This document shows, in pieces, positions 27,605-36,957 of a DNA stretch of 64,000 bases. The notes beneath the pieces are model-generated. The model did no database searches, was not told where the DNA came from, and saw only the letters and a list, made by a program, of their open reading frames with translations. The position numbers and the translations under genes are program-made. Each line of letters begins with the position of its first letter. Position 1 is the first letter of the stretch. The stretch covers positions 12,586 to 76,585 of the forward strand of contig CANNHA010000001.1 in assembly GCA_947504275.1 (NCBI GenBank). Direction: 5' to 3'. The DNA is from Flavobacteriales bacterium. Lineage in GTDB: Bacteria > Bacteroidota > Bacteroidia > Flavobacteriales_D > Sanyastnellaceae.

Positions 27605-28755
27605 GCAATGTTCACTTTGTCCAAGGCTTGCTTCAAATCTTCTATCAAGTCTTCTTCGTCTTCAATGCCTACACTCAGTCTCAGGAGAGAATCGGTAATG
27701 CCTGTTTTTAATCTCTCTTCTCTGGGAATTGATGCATGGGTCATGCTAGCAGGATGTCCAATCAATGATTCTACTCCACCTAATGATTCAGCCAAAGAAA
27801 AGACCTCTGTGGCACATGCCAATACAGAAGCCTGCTCAAATGAATCATTTTTTAAACTGAAAGAAATCATTCCTCCAAAGTCTTTCATTTGCGTTTTGGC
27901 CACTTCATGGTAAGGATGATTTTCAAAACCGGGCCAATATACTTTTTCAACTTTTGGATGATTTTGAAGGAAGTGAGCAATGGCTTTACCGTTGGCACAA
28001 TGTCTTTCCATGCGAATGTGCAATGTTTTTAATCCGCGCAATACCAAGAAACTATCCTGAGGTCCTGGTGTGGCGCCGCAAGAATTGGCGATGAATGCCA
28101 ACTGTTCATGCAAACTGTCATCGTTGGTGCAAAGTGCGCCCATGACAACATCGCTGTGACCGCCCAAATATTTGGTGGCTGAATGCATCACGATATCAGC
28201 ACCTAGGTCCAAAGGGTTTTGTAAATAAGGCGATGCAAAAGTGTTGTCGATGACACAGATGCACTCATGTATCTTGGCCAACTCCACCATCCTTTTGATG
28301 TCTATGATTTTCATCATTGGGTTGGTAGGTGTTTCCACCCAAATCATTTTCGTTTGGGTATTGATTTTGTTTTTAATGGCAACCTCATCATGCATGTCAA
28401 CAAAGTGAAAGGTTATGCCATATTTGGCAAAAACTTTGGTGAACATGCGGTAGCTTCCGCCATACAAATCATCAGATGCAATTACTTCATCACCGGGTTG
28501 TAGCAGTTTGATGATGGCATCGGCAGCTCCCATTCCACTAGAGAAGCATAAGCCATGTTTGGCGTTTTCTAAAGCGGCCAAACAGTTTTCCAATGCTACG
28601 CGAGTAGGATTTTTTCCTCTTGCATATGCGTAGCCTTTGTGCTGACCTGGTGCGGACTGAACATAGGTTGATGTTTGATAAATGGGTGTCATGATAGCCC
28701 CTGTAGTGGGGTCAGGTTCTTGGCCAGCATGTATGGCCTTGGTTCCAAATTTCAT
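27601..28755 (-). CDS. PLP-dependent trans-sulfuration enzyme (cystathionine gamma-lyase/synthase family)
   Basis: Cys/Met metabolism PLP motif HSATKYLGGHSDV. Size 384 aa. Confidence 0.85.
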   Translation of the reverse strand: MKFGTKAIHAGQEPDPTTGAIMTPIYQTSTYVQSAPGQHKGYAYARGKNPTRVALENCLAALENAKHGLCFSSGMGAADAIIKLLQPGDEVIASDDLYGGSYRMFTKVFAKYGITFHFVDMHDEVAIKNKINTQTKMIWVETPTNPMMKIIDIKRMVELAKIHECICVIDNTFASPYLQNPLDLGADIVMHSATKYLGGHSDVVMGALCTNDDSLHEQLAFIANSCGATPGPQDSFLVLRGLKTLHIRMERHCANGKAIAHFLQNHPKVEKVYWPGFENHPYHEVAKTQMKDFGGMISFSLKNDSFEQASVLACATEVFSLAESLGGVESLIGHPASMTHASIPREERLKTGITDSLLRLSVGIEDEEDLIEDLKQALDKVNIA

Positions 28756-29435
28756 AATAGCGGGTCTTGCTGATTTTTTTTTCTTCTATTTTGTCTGATG
28801 TAAGTATTGGCCAACACTCCGGTTGTAACCACCACAAACCCGAGAATGATTAGATCAATGTGGTTCTTAATGAATTCAAATTGTCCCAGATAATAACCTG
28901 CAGTGGTTATGGTTCCAATCCACATGGCACCTCCAACGAGGTTGTAAAACATGAAGGTTTTAAATTCTACTCTTATCACCCCTGCAAGTATGGGTGCAAA
29001 TGTTCTGATGATGGGAAGATACCTTCCAAGGATGAGCGTCTTGCCTCCATGTCTTTGGTAAAAATCTGTTGTCATTTCAACGTACTTTTTCTTGAATAAC
29101 CAAGTCTCTTTGCGGTCCAATGCCTTTTTACCAAAATGATAACCGAACCAATAACCGAAAGTGCTCCCCAGACTGGCAAAGATGAATAAGTAAAGCATGA
29201 GCTCTTGAACCGGGACATCCAATAATTTAGGCTGAGTGGCGCATATCAACCCTGATAAAAAGAGGAGTGAATCTCCGGGTAGAAAAAAACCAATGATTAA
29301 ACCGTTTTCAGCAAAAATGATCACGAGCAATAGAGCCAGTCCTCCAAAATGGAGGATACTTTCAGGATTGAAAAGACTTCCAATAAAATCAAAAATTTCC
29401 ACGTGGGCAAGATACAAAAGGAATCCACAAACCAA
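28752..29435 (-). CDS. DedA-family membrane protein
   Basis: FAENGLIIGFFLPGDSLLF and RYLPIIRTFAPILAG motifs. Confidence 0.8.
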   Translation of the reverse strand: MVCGFLLYLAHVEIFDFIGSLFNPESILHFGGLALLLVIIFAENGLIIGFFLPGDSLLFLSGLICATQPKLLDVPVQELMLYLFIFASLGSTFGYWFGYHFGKKALDRKETWLFKKKYVEMTTDFYQRHGGKTLILGRYLPIIRTFAPILAGVIRVEFKTFMFYNLVGGAMWIGTITTAGYYLGQFEFIKNHIDLIILGFVVVTTGVLANTYIRQNRRKKNQQDPLL

Positions 29436-29451
29436 TTGATAAATGGCAGTA

Positions 29452-31773
29452 TTAAAACAAGAAATTGGTTGTGATTTTTAAAACGACGTTTTTTTGTGCT
29501 TGGGGATCACGGTATTGGCCAAGTCTGGTGAAACAACCAATTCCCAGTCCGCCTGTTTTTGAAATGATTAAATCATTTATACCAAGTCCAGTCTCAAAAA
29601 AGCCTTTGGGGTAATCTGTCACTCCATCAGGTGCTTGATCCTTCAACCCCAGTTTACCCCATCCTCCATTCAAAAGCATGGTGATTTTGGGTGCCGATTG
29701 AGGGTGCTGATAAATGGGTGTTTTCCATTTGTAGCGCACAAAGAAGTGCGCATATTCTCGCGCATACCATTGGTTGTTTAACGCCGTTTCGAATGACTCA
29801 GGAACAGATATGGTTACTTTGGCGTGATTATTCCAAGATCCGCGAAGTGCGTTCAACTCATTGATGGGAGCAGTGTACATGGTTTTCCCGCATTCTAAAT
29901 TTACTTTGACGTCTCCCCAATAAACGGAATGAAAAGTTTTTTCCAATTCAAATTGATGCCTGATAAAAGTTTTGTGTTGGCTGATGGTGCCATGGCTCAT
30001 TCCCCATTGAAAGATAGGCCAATAACCATTTAAAACAATTTCCTTGCCCAACAAGCGTTGTCTTTTTTCGCCTGGAGTCCACCTAAAAATTAGTCGATTC
30101 AGCACAAGTGAATATGGTTGCGGATTATTCTTGGTAAAAGAAATGTGGGGTGTTTTCTTGAGATTGGATTGCTGATAGAAAAGTTGAACACTTTTGTAAA
30201 GCGGGATTTGAACATCCAATGTAACCCCTTGGATGTAATCCATTTTGGTGACAAAGAATTCATAGACTTGTTGATTGATGTTGCGGCGGTAGCTGTTCAA
30301 ACCATTTCTGCCACTCTCTTGAACATCATCTATGTAACCCAATCGGAAATGAACACGGGTGTTGGATGATGTCCAACCCAAACCTGCGCCATACTTGGTG
30401 CGCTGGTCTTTGAATCCAAAAGCAGTATTTGCATCCAGCTTCCATCGTTCATGAAATTTTGAGTTGGTTGAAAGACCAATACCCAAACGGTTTCCTTCAA
30501 AACGATTGAATTTGTATAGTTGCAAAAGATCCATGTTGATGAATCCCAGCATCCATTGGCCTTCAAGTAAACTAGCCAGGCGATTAACTTTTTTGTCAAA
30601 TTGATTGACTTTTCCTATACTATCCATAAAAGAGTAGGTGTTCCTTTCTTCAGCACTCAAAGGGGTGTATCTTAATTCCTCCCATTTTTTATCTGTAATG
30701 GTATTGGCGGATTGCGGGAAATCGAAAACCACGGCATCAAAGTCTTTGGATTCGAATTTACGTAGCTCAATGTTTTTTAATTGGGTCTGAATTTCACCAA
30801 AAATCTCAGGGGATGAGTTGGTTAATTTATAAAATGAATTCATTTCTGTAGGGAAGAAACAATTCCATTTCTTATTTAGTTTCTGTTGTATTTTAATATA
30901 ATAAGATGATTCTTTTTCAAAGGGTTCTGCAGTCAGTTGTATCAAAGCAAATTCTGGTGATTGAATGTGCACAATGCCAATCAGTCCATTGCTCTGGAAT
31001 CTTTTTTTTGGATTGTATTGAATAACAAAAATTGAATCACTGTTGCTGAATAAGGTGTCAATCATTTTGTACTCATATCTGTCCAAAGATCTTGGTCCTA
31101 ATGGTGAAATCAATACGCGGTCTAGAATTTGAAAGTCGGGTTCATATGCGGAGAAGCTTTGCATTTGGGAGCCGATGATGGTGCTTTGTGGAAATTCAAA
31201 CCCACTCATTTGATTGGCTAGAATAGTTTCTTTGTTTTCATTGGGTGCACGGTGTTGATGCAATGCAATTGTTTCCGAAAGAAGAAGTTTTTTATCGTCA
31301 AAGGTTTTTAAAAACTTGCTGTCACCGTTGCGCTCGAAATCCACTATCATTTTAGAGTATTGTTCAAATTGATAGTCTAGTTTTTCAACGGGATTGTTGA
31401 CGGATGATTGCTTTACGCATTTTGCAATGACTTTGTAGGCAGGGTCTTCCTTGATGGTTACAACCAATTCTCCAAGAACCAAGTCATTGCTCTCTATATG
31501 GATAATCCAAGGATTTTCTCCTTTCCATGTTTGTTTCTTGTTTTTATATCCATAGAGTTGTACAAAAACACAATCTCCTTTTTTGAGCTGAAGCGAAATT
31601 GATCCATTGATATCAGTTTGACCGCCTTTGGTTTTCAATGAGTCAGTGAGAAAAACAAAGGCCAATGGATTGTCAAATTTTGCGTCCTTAATTTGAATGG
31701 ATACCGTCGTTTGGCTCAATATCTCTGCGCTGAATATGAGCATGAAGATTAAGCAAATGATTGATTTTTGCAT
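29452..31773 (-). CDS. carboxypeptidase-regulatory-like plus DUF5686-type outer membrane protein
   Basis: 773 aa with a signal peptide, an N-terminal CarboxypepD_reg-like beta-sandwich and a large C-terminal beta-barrel-like region. Family named from memory. Confidence 0.65.
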   Translation of the reverse strand: MQKSIICLIFMLIFSAEILSQTTVSIQIKDAKFDNPLAFVFLTDSLKTKGGQTDINGSISLQLKKGDCVFVQLYGYKNKKQTWKGENPWIIHIESNDLVLGELVVTIKEDPAYKVIAKCVKQSSVNNPVEKLDYQFEQYSKMIVDFERNGDSKFLKTFDDKKLLLSETIALHQHRAPNENKETILANQMSGFEFPQSTIIGSQMQSFSAYEPDFQILDRVLISPLGPRSLDRYEYKMIDTLFSNSDSIFVIQYNPKKRFQSNGLIGIVHIQSPEFALIQLTAEPFEKESSYYIKIQQKLNKKWNCFFPTEMNSFYKLTNSSPEIFGEIQTQLKNIELRKFESKDFDAVVFDFPQSANTITDKKWEELRYTPLSAEERNTYSFMDSIGKVNQFDKKVNRLASLLEGQWMLGFINMDLLQLYKFNRFEGNRLGIGLSTNSKFHERWKLDANTAFGFKDQRTKYGAGLGWTSSNTRVHFRLGYIDDVQESGRNGLNSYRRNINQQVYEFFVTKMDYIQGVTLDVQIPLYKSVQLFYQQSNLKKTPHISFTKNNPQPYSLVLNRLIFRWTPGEKRQRLLGKEIVLNGYWPIFQWGMSHGTISQHKTFIRHQFELEKTFHSVYWGDVKVNLECGKTMYTAPINELNALRGSWNNHAKVTISVPESFETALNNQWYAREYAHFFVRYKWKTPIYQHPQSAPKITMLLNGGWGKLGLKDQAPDGVTDYPKGFFETGLGINDLIISKTGGLGIGCFTRLGQYRDPQAQKNVVLKITTNFLF

Positions 31774-31856
31774 GGGCCAATATACTCAACAAAAAGGTGT
31801 TTAATAGTCCGTCAATGAACCTGCCACTAGAAAATTTAATCCACTAATTTTATATC

Positions 31857-33098
31857 ATGCAAAGGAAGGTTTTGTTTCGATTGATATTTATTACGCTGAT
31901 TATAGGTACTTGTGTTTACTATCTCTGGGTTTTTCAAAAGCACCTTCGTTCATCTTCAGATCCGATGGAGTTTTTAACGACATACGTTGATGGAGTCGTC
32001 AAGGTCAATGAAGGAACTGTTTTTTTGAATTATTTGCGTCAAGACAGTTTGCCATTGCATGATGAACTTTATGCTGATTGGAATTTGTGGATGAATTGGA
32101 AAAAAGAGAATTCAATCGTATCAGAGCTGATGAGCGGGCAGAGTGCTTATTGGGTGCACGTGAAAGAAGGTTCCTGGTATTTGTTTTTGCCCATTCCTGA
32201 TCGTTGGAGTGAAGTCCAATTGAATAGTCTGCTTTCAGGCATCCCTAATATAGCCCAGTGGGAAGGGTGCTTGGTATGGAGCAGCCATACTCTGAATACC
32301 GCAACTTGGACATTGCTTGATGAGGAGAACAATGCTGCGTGGAAAGGTCTCATTGCCAAATGTGATCGCAATGCTCCTTTCTGTTTTGTTGGTGTTTCGG
32401 CTGAATCGAAAATTGCACTGGATTACAACAAAGGTGAATGGGTGGGTTTTGTTGATGATTCCAAATGGTTGTCCAATAATCAGGCTGTGCAGTTGAGAGA
32501 TTCTTTAATGGGAAATGCTATGAGTACGGTTTGGTTGAGCACCAATCCTGAAGCTGTATCGAATCAGGATGAAATGAAGAGGCGCGTTTTTTCATTAGAT
32601 ACTTTATGCCAATGCAATGTTTTGGAATCATGGTTTAGTTGGCAAAGTGGCCAATGGAAGTATCAGTCCTATGATGGTGCACATTGGGTGGCTACTCAGT
32701 TGTATGACAAGAATCCGTGGAAAGCGATGTTTTCATTTTTGAAGGATACAATGTCCAAGGTGATTTCTGTTGATCATCCTGAATGGATGCCAACCATATC
32801 CGAGTCAGCTTTTTCTATGGTGCCAAAGTACATGTCCAAGCGTAAAAACAGAATTTTCGTATCAGACGATAGCTTGTCAATTCACAAAGCTGTCAGCGAT
32901 ACAGGGCGCCTATTATGGCAATCGGATTTTAGTGGGTTTTCAGAAAATAGATACTCGATTTTTGAAGGAAGTTTGAATCAATTTCCTGGACTAGCTCAAT
33001 TTGATTTGAATCAATTGATTTATCCCAAGCGGGTAAGTATTGTAGTAGTAAAGAACAACGGGAACTGGTTATTGAGAATAGCCCCTGCTAAAGAATAA
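31857..33098 (+). CDS. hypothetical membrane-anchored, Trp-rich protein
   Basis: 413-aa ORF with one N-terminal TM helix. No motif recognised. Confidence 0.5.
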   Translation: MQRKVLFRLIFITLIIGTCVYYLWVFQKHLRSSSDPMEFLTTYVDGVVKVNEGTVFLNYLRQDSLPLHDELYADWNLWMNWKKENSIVSELMSGQSAYWVHVKEGSWYLFLPIPDRWSEVQLNSLLSGIPNIAQWEGCLVWSSHTLNTATWTLLDEENNAAWKGLIAKCDRNAPFCFVGVSAESKIALDYNKGEWVGFVDDSKWLSNNQAVQLRDSLMGNAMSTVWLSTNPEAVSNQDEMKRRVFSLDTLCQCNVLESWFSWQSGQWKYQSYDGAHWVATQLYDKNPWKAMFSFLKDTMSKVISVDHPEWMPTISESAFSMVPKYMSKRKNRIFVSDDSLSIHKAVSDTGRLLWQSDFSGFSENRYSIFEGSLNQFPGLAQFDLNQLIYPKRVSIVVVKNNGNWLLRIAPAKE

Positions 33099-35079
33099 CA
33101 GATCCAAAGTATTGAGCCAATTGGGCTTTTGCGATTTCTAATTTGATTTTATCGGAAAGCAACTGATCTGTGATATCTGTATGTTCGATTTGTTCATGTA
33201 TTTGTTGAACAATCTCATCCTGTAGCTTTTTTATTTTGGCCAACTTGAGTCGGTTTACTGCGTCTAATGCTGCTTTTCTAAGATTTTTTTCTTCAGTCTC
33301 AATGTAGATATGATGCGCTGCCCAATTTTTACTGATTTCATATTTGGAAGCAATCAAATCTGTCACAGATTGACTGATTTCGTTGTTGTCGTGGTAGGTG
33401 AAATGTTTTAGTTCAGGGTAGGTGAGTTCTTGTATGAATTGGGTGTACTGGCGATATATTTCACGATAACGGGGTTCTTCAAATTGCAATTGATCTTGCT
33501 CAATACTGGTCATCACAAACTCTGCAAGTGAAACACCTGTTTGAACCTCTTCGTTGTCTTCATTGACAATATTGATTTGTATTTCGTAATCGCCGTAGGT
33601 GAGCAATAATCGCACAATATCTCTTTCTTGAAAGTAGGTGTAGAATTCAGGAATGGCAATGGTGCTGCCTTGATCATGATTGATGACGGGATCTGCTTGT
33701 TGAACTTGTGCAAGATCAGCTGCCGGAACTTTTTGCTTTCTTAAAGTTTGATTGAGTTGAAGGATCAAACTTTCTTGTGATACATTGAGCAATTGACTGC
33801 ACTCTTGGATATAAACTTCTCGTTGAATAACATCTGGGATGATGGAGATGGAAAGAATTATGTCCTTGATGAGCTCAGCACGCTTCAATGGATCTTTTCC
33901 AGCTTCCTCAAGGAGGAGATTGGTTTTGAATCGAACAAAATCAGTGGCGTTTTTGGTGAGAAAATCTTGGATGTAATCACTATCGTGTTTTCTGGCAAAG
34001 CTGTCTGGATCGTCACCGTCAGGGAAAAGCACAACGCGCACGTTCATACCTTGTTTGAGAATCATCTCAATGCTTCTCAAGCTGGCTTTGATACCTGCTG
34101 CATCACCATCAAACAATACTGTAATGTTCTTGGTGTATCGGATGATTTTTTTAATATGTCCTTCTGTTAAGCTTGTACCGCATGACGCTACAACATTGGA
34201 TACGCCAGATTGGTGCATCGAAATCACATCGGTATAGCCCTCTACCAAGTAGCAAACATTTTCTTTGACGATGGTGTTTTTGGCCAAATGCATACCGTAG
34301 AGAATGTCGCTCTTGTGGAACAATTCACTCTCGGGGCTATTGATGTATTTGGCGCCTTTTAAATCAGCTTGTAACGTTCTACCCGCAAAGGCAATGACTT
34401 TACCAGACTCGGAGTGAATGGGAAACATGACCCTGTCTCTGAATGCGTCATAGGTTCTGTTGGGTTCATTGTTTTCAACTTCTTGATCCGCATTCTCATT
34501 TTCTTTTTCTTTTTCTTTTAGAAGTCCTGCTTTGACAAGATATTGGGCGTTGTAGCCAGCAGCCAAAGCTGCTTTCTTGAGATTTTCCCATCCTGCAGGG
34601 GCAAAGCCCAGTTGAAACTTGGTCAGGGTATCATTTCTAAAACCTCTCTGTTCAAAGTAGGACAAACCAATATTTTGTCCCGCTTCGGTTTCATGCAATT
34701 GGCTTTGAAACCAGGTGTTGGCATATTCTACAACACGTGAGAGTTGCTCACGTTCAGACTTTTCTTCTTTTTGTTGTTCACTGTCTTCCGTTTCCTCAAT
34801 GGGAATGTTGTATTTCTGTGCTAACCAACGCAACGCTTCTGGATAGGTGAGCTTTTGATGTTGCATTAAAAAATCCACGACATTGCCACCTTTTCCGGAT
34901 GAGAAATCCTTGTAGATTCCTTTGGTTGGTACCACATAAAAGGACGGGGTTCTTTCACTGCTGAAGGGTGAAAGCCCCTTGTATGATTTCCCAGATTTCT
35001 TTAAAGCCACAAACTCGCCGACAACATCCTCAATCAATGCGGCTTGATAAATTAGGTCAATGGTGCTTCTTGAAATCAT
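33088..35079 (-). CDS. dnaG: DNA primase
   Basis: Primase N-terminus (..ERTPSFYV..), a TOPRIM region (CYLVEGYTDVISMHQSG, VLFDGDAAG) and a helical C-terminal domain. Start set at ATG 35079. Confidence 0.9.
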   Translation of the reverse strand: MISRSTIDLIYQAALIEDVVGEFVALKKSGKSYKGLSPFSSERTPSFYVVPTKGIYKDFSSGKGGNVVDFLMQHQKLTYPEALRWLAQKYNIPIEETEDSEQQKEEKSEREQLSRVVEYANTWFQSQLHETEAGQNIGLSYFEQRGFRNDTLTKFQLGFAPAGWENLKKAALAAGYNAQYLVKAGLLKEKEKENENADQEVENNEPNRTYDAFRDRVMFPIHSESGKVIAFAGRTLQADLKGAKYINSPESELFHKSDILYGMHLAKNTIVKENVCYLVEGYTDVISMHQSGVSNVVASCGTSLTEGHIKKIIRYTKNITVLFDGDAAGIKASLRSIEMILKQGMNVRVVLFPDGDDPDSFARKHDSDYIQDFLTKNATDFVRFKTNLLLEEAGKDPLKRAELIKDIILSISIIPDVIQREVYIQECSQLLNVSQESLILQLNQTLRKQKVPAADLAQVQQADPVINHDQGSTIAIPEFYTYFQERDIVRLLLTYGDYEIQINIVNEDNEEVQTGVSLAEFVMTSIEQDQLQFEEPRYREIYRQYTQFIQELTYPELKHFTYHDNNEISQSVTDLIASKYEISKNWAAHHIYIETEEKNLRKAALDAVNRLKLAKIKKLQDEIVQQIHEQIEHTDITDQLLSDKIKLEIAKAQLAQYFGSVIL

Positions 35080-35151
35080 ACCTCTCAAAGATATATTGAA
35101 GTCCGTGAAATTACTGAGGCAGATTTCAACATGTTGATAGATTTTTAACCC

Positions 35152-35517
35152 ATGAGAAACACCTTGTTGATTTTATTTTTAACGCTGTATGCATTGAAGA
35201 GTGCGCATGCTCAAGATAAAACAGATGAATCAGTTCTGTTCACCGCCGGAATCAATCTCGGAATACAGAGTCATCTGCTGTTTCCCAATCCATCTCTTCC
35301 AGGCCAGGACGTTTTTATCGAGTTGGGAACTTATTTGGGAAATGATTGGTGGATAGTAGTATCTGATGCCAATGGAAGAGAGATTAAGGGGATTTCAGCA
35401 GTGCAGGAGGGTGGGCGTATCAGAATTCATGGGCAGGTACCCAAGCCAGGAATTTATTTGGTGAGTTATGGGAACAGCGTTTTTCGATCTAATTTTCGCT
35501 GGATCGTTAGAGATTAA
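35152..35517 (+). CDS. small secreted protein consisting essentially of a T9SS type-A C-terminal sorting domain
   Basis: Signal peptide, then LFPNPSLPGQDVFIEL...GIYLVSYGN..., typical of Por/T9SS CTDs. Confidence 0.6.
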   Translation: MRNTLLILFLTLYALKSAHAQDKTDESVLFTAGINLGIQSHLLFPNPSLPGQDVFIELGTYLGNDWWIVVSDANGREIKGISAVQEGGRIRIHGQVPKPGIYLVSYGNSVFRSNFRWIVRD

Positions 35518-36195
35518 TTACTCAAAGTGATTGTGGATATAACCTTCTTTGATTCCCCAAAGAACAGCGCCAATCATATTTTTTGCTGGTGTTTTTTCGA
35601 TGATGTTTCTTCTATGGGTTTCTACTGTTCTGGTATCAATGCTCAATTTGTCTGCAATTTCAGTGCTTTTTAGACCATGGCTGACCCATTCTAAAATTTC
35701 CAATTCGCGGGTAGTGAATAACTGCTCAGTTGGTTGCGCAGCTTGAATAGTAGTGTTGCTCGTGGATTTTTTCTTGTCCCATTTTTTGGCCTCTTGAATG
35801 ATGTGCCGCATACCATGATTGAAAAAGAAAGAGGCGTAATCTGAAGAGACAATCGCATCTGCCAACTCATCCAATTCAGATTCTTTGGAAAAATAACCAT
35901 GCGCTCCAAGTTTAATCATCTGGTAAATGACATCCACATCTTTGATGAAGGATACAACAAGAATCCGGACACCTGGATAATGTTGAACCAACCATTTGCA
36001 CGTTTCTACACCATCCATTTCTGGCATTTGGATGTCTAACAAAACAACGTCCACCTCATGGCGAGGCATGAACAAGGTTAACTCTTTTCCATTCTCGCAC
36101 TCCAAAACAACATTGAAGCGATCGTCTTGATTAAGCCATGCGGCCAAGGAAGAACGGAATAGAGTGTGGTCATCTACTATGGCAATATTTTTCAT
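35518..36195 (-). CDS. LuxR/NarL-family response regulator
   Basis: REC domain (IAIVDDHTLFR, VVLLDIQMPEMDG) plus a C-terminal LuxR HTH (LTTRELEILEWVSHGLKSTEIADKLSIDTRTVETHR). The ATG at 36195 overlaps the kinase stop. Confidence 0.85.
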   Translation of the reverse strand: MKNIAIVDDHTLFRSSLAAWLNQDDRFNVVLECENGKELTLFMPRHEVDVVLLDIQMPEMDGVETCKWLVQHYPGVRILVVSFIKDVDVIYQMIKLGAHGYFSKESELDELADAIVSSDYASFFFNHGMRHIIQEAKKWDKKKSTSNTTIQAAQPTEQLFTTRELEILEWVSHGLKSTEIADKLSIDTRTVETHRRNIIEKTPAKNMIGAVLWGIKEGYIHNHFE

Positions 36196-36956
36196 CTGAT
36201 TGGGATAATAAGGTTCAACTGATTTCCATCTGTAATTTGATTCTGCTCTAAATGTCCATTGAGTGCAAGTATGCGCGCATGCATATTTTTCCATCCCAAG
36301 CCTTTTCCTTCATGCAATAAGTGGCTCCATTGAAATGGATTGCCGTTGTCTTCTAATGTAATTTTCCAGGAATGGTTGTTGTCATTTGAAAATGTAATGT
36401 CAAACAAATTGGCTTGATTGTGTTTGAGATGGTTGGTAATCCATTCTTGGATTAATCTAAAAACATGCAATTCATCTAGCGTGTTCAATTGAGGGATATA
36501 GTGAAGGTGCAACCTTATTTTCTTGTTGGTTTTGTTGGATTTGTCCTCAAGTATTGCTTGCAGCGCGGGTATTAGCCCAACGGTGTCCAACATGGGCGGA
36601 ACAAGATCATGGCAGATGGTGCGAACTTCTTGAATTATTTTTTTTAGTTGTTCATCTGTTGATTTCCAGAATGCATCTTCTCCCTGTTGCGATATTTTTT
36701 TTTGCAGATCTATTGATATTTTGAGTGCAGCGATATCGCCTAAGATACCATCGTGCAATTCTCTAGCAATTCGGATTTGCTCTTCTTCTTTGGATTTTAA
36801 AATTTCTTGTAAGAGTTGATCTTGAAACTGTTGTTGTTTATCAAACAACAATTTGTAGTAAAAATAACTAATGGAGAAGATGATGCTAACCATGATGAAT
36901 AGGGCTGAGAATCCTATCCAGTAGTACAAGTTGAGTATGTCCCTTGTTTGTTCCAT
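36192..36956 (-). CDS. HisKA_3-type sensor histidine kinase with a single TM and no sensor domain
   Basis: H-box ARELHDGILGDIAAL, N-box EWITNHLKH and G-box GKGLGWKNM. Only one N-terminal TM helix. Confidence 0.8.
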   Translation of the reverse strand: MEQTRDILNLYYWIGFSALFIMVSIIFSISYFYYKLLFDKQQQFQDQLLQEILKSKEEEQIRIARELHDGILGDIAALKISIDLQKKISQQGEDAFWKSTDEQLKKIIQEVRTICHDLVPPMLDTVGLIPALQAILEDKSNKTNKKIRLHLHYIPQLNTLDELHVFRLIQEWITNHLKHNQANLFDITFSNDNNHSWKITLEDNGNPFQWSHLLHEGKGLGWKNMHARILALNGHLEQNQITDGNQLNLIIPIR

Positions 36957-36957
36957 C

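Noticed and set aside
33793-34170. 125-aa plus-strand ORF inside dnaG.
   Set aside because: It is antisense to the TOPRIM region of the primase. Shadow ORF.
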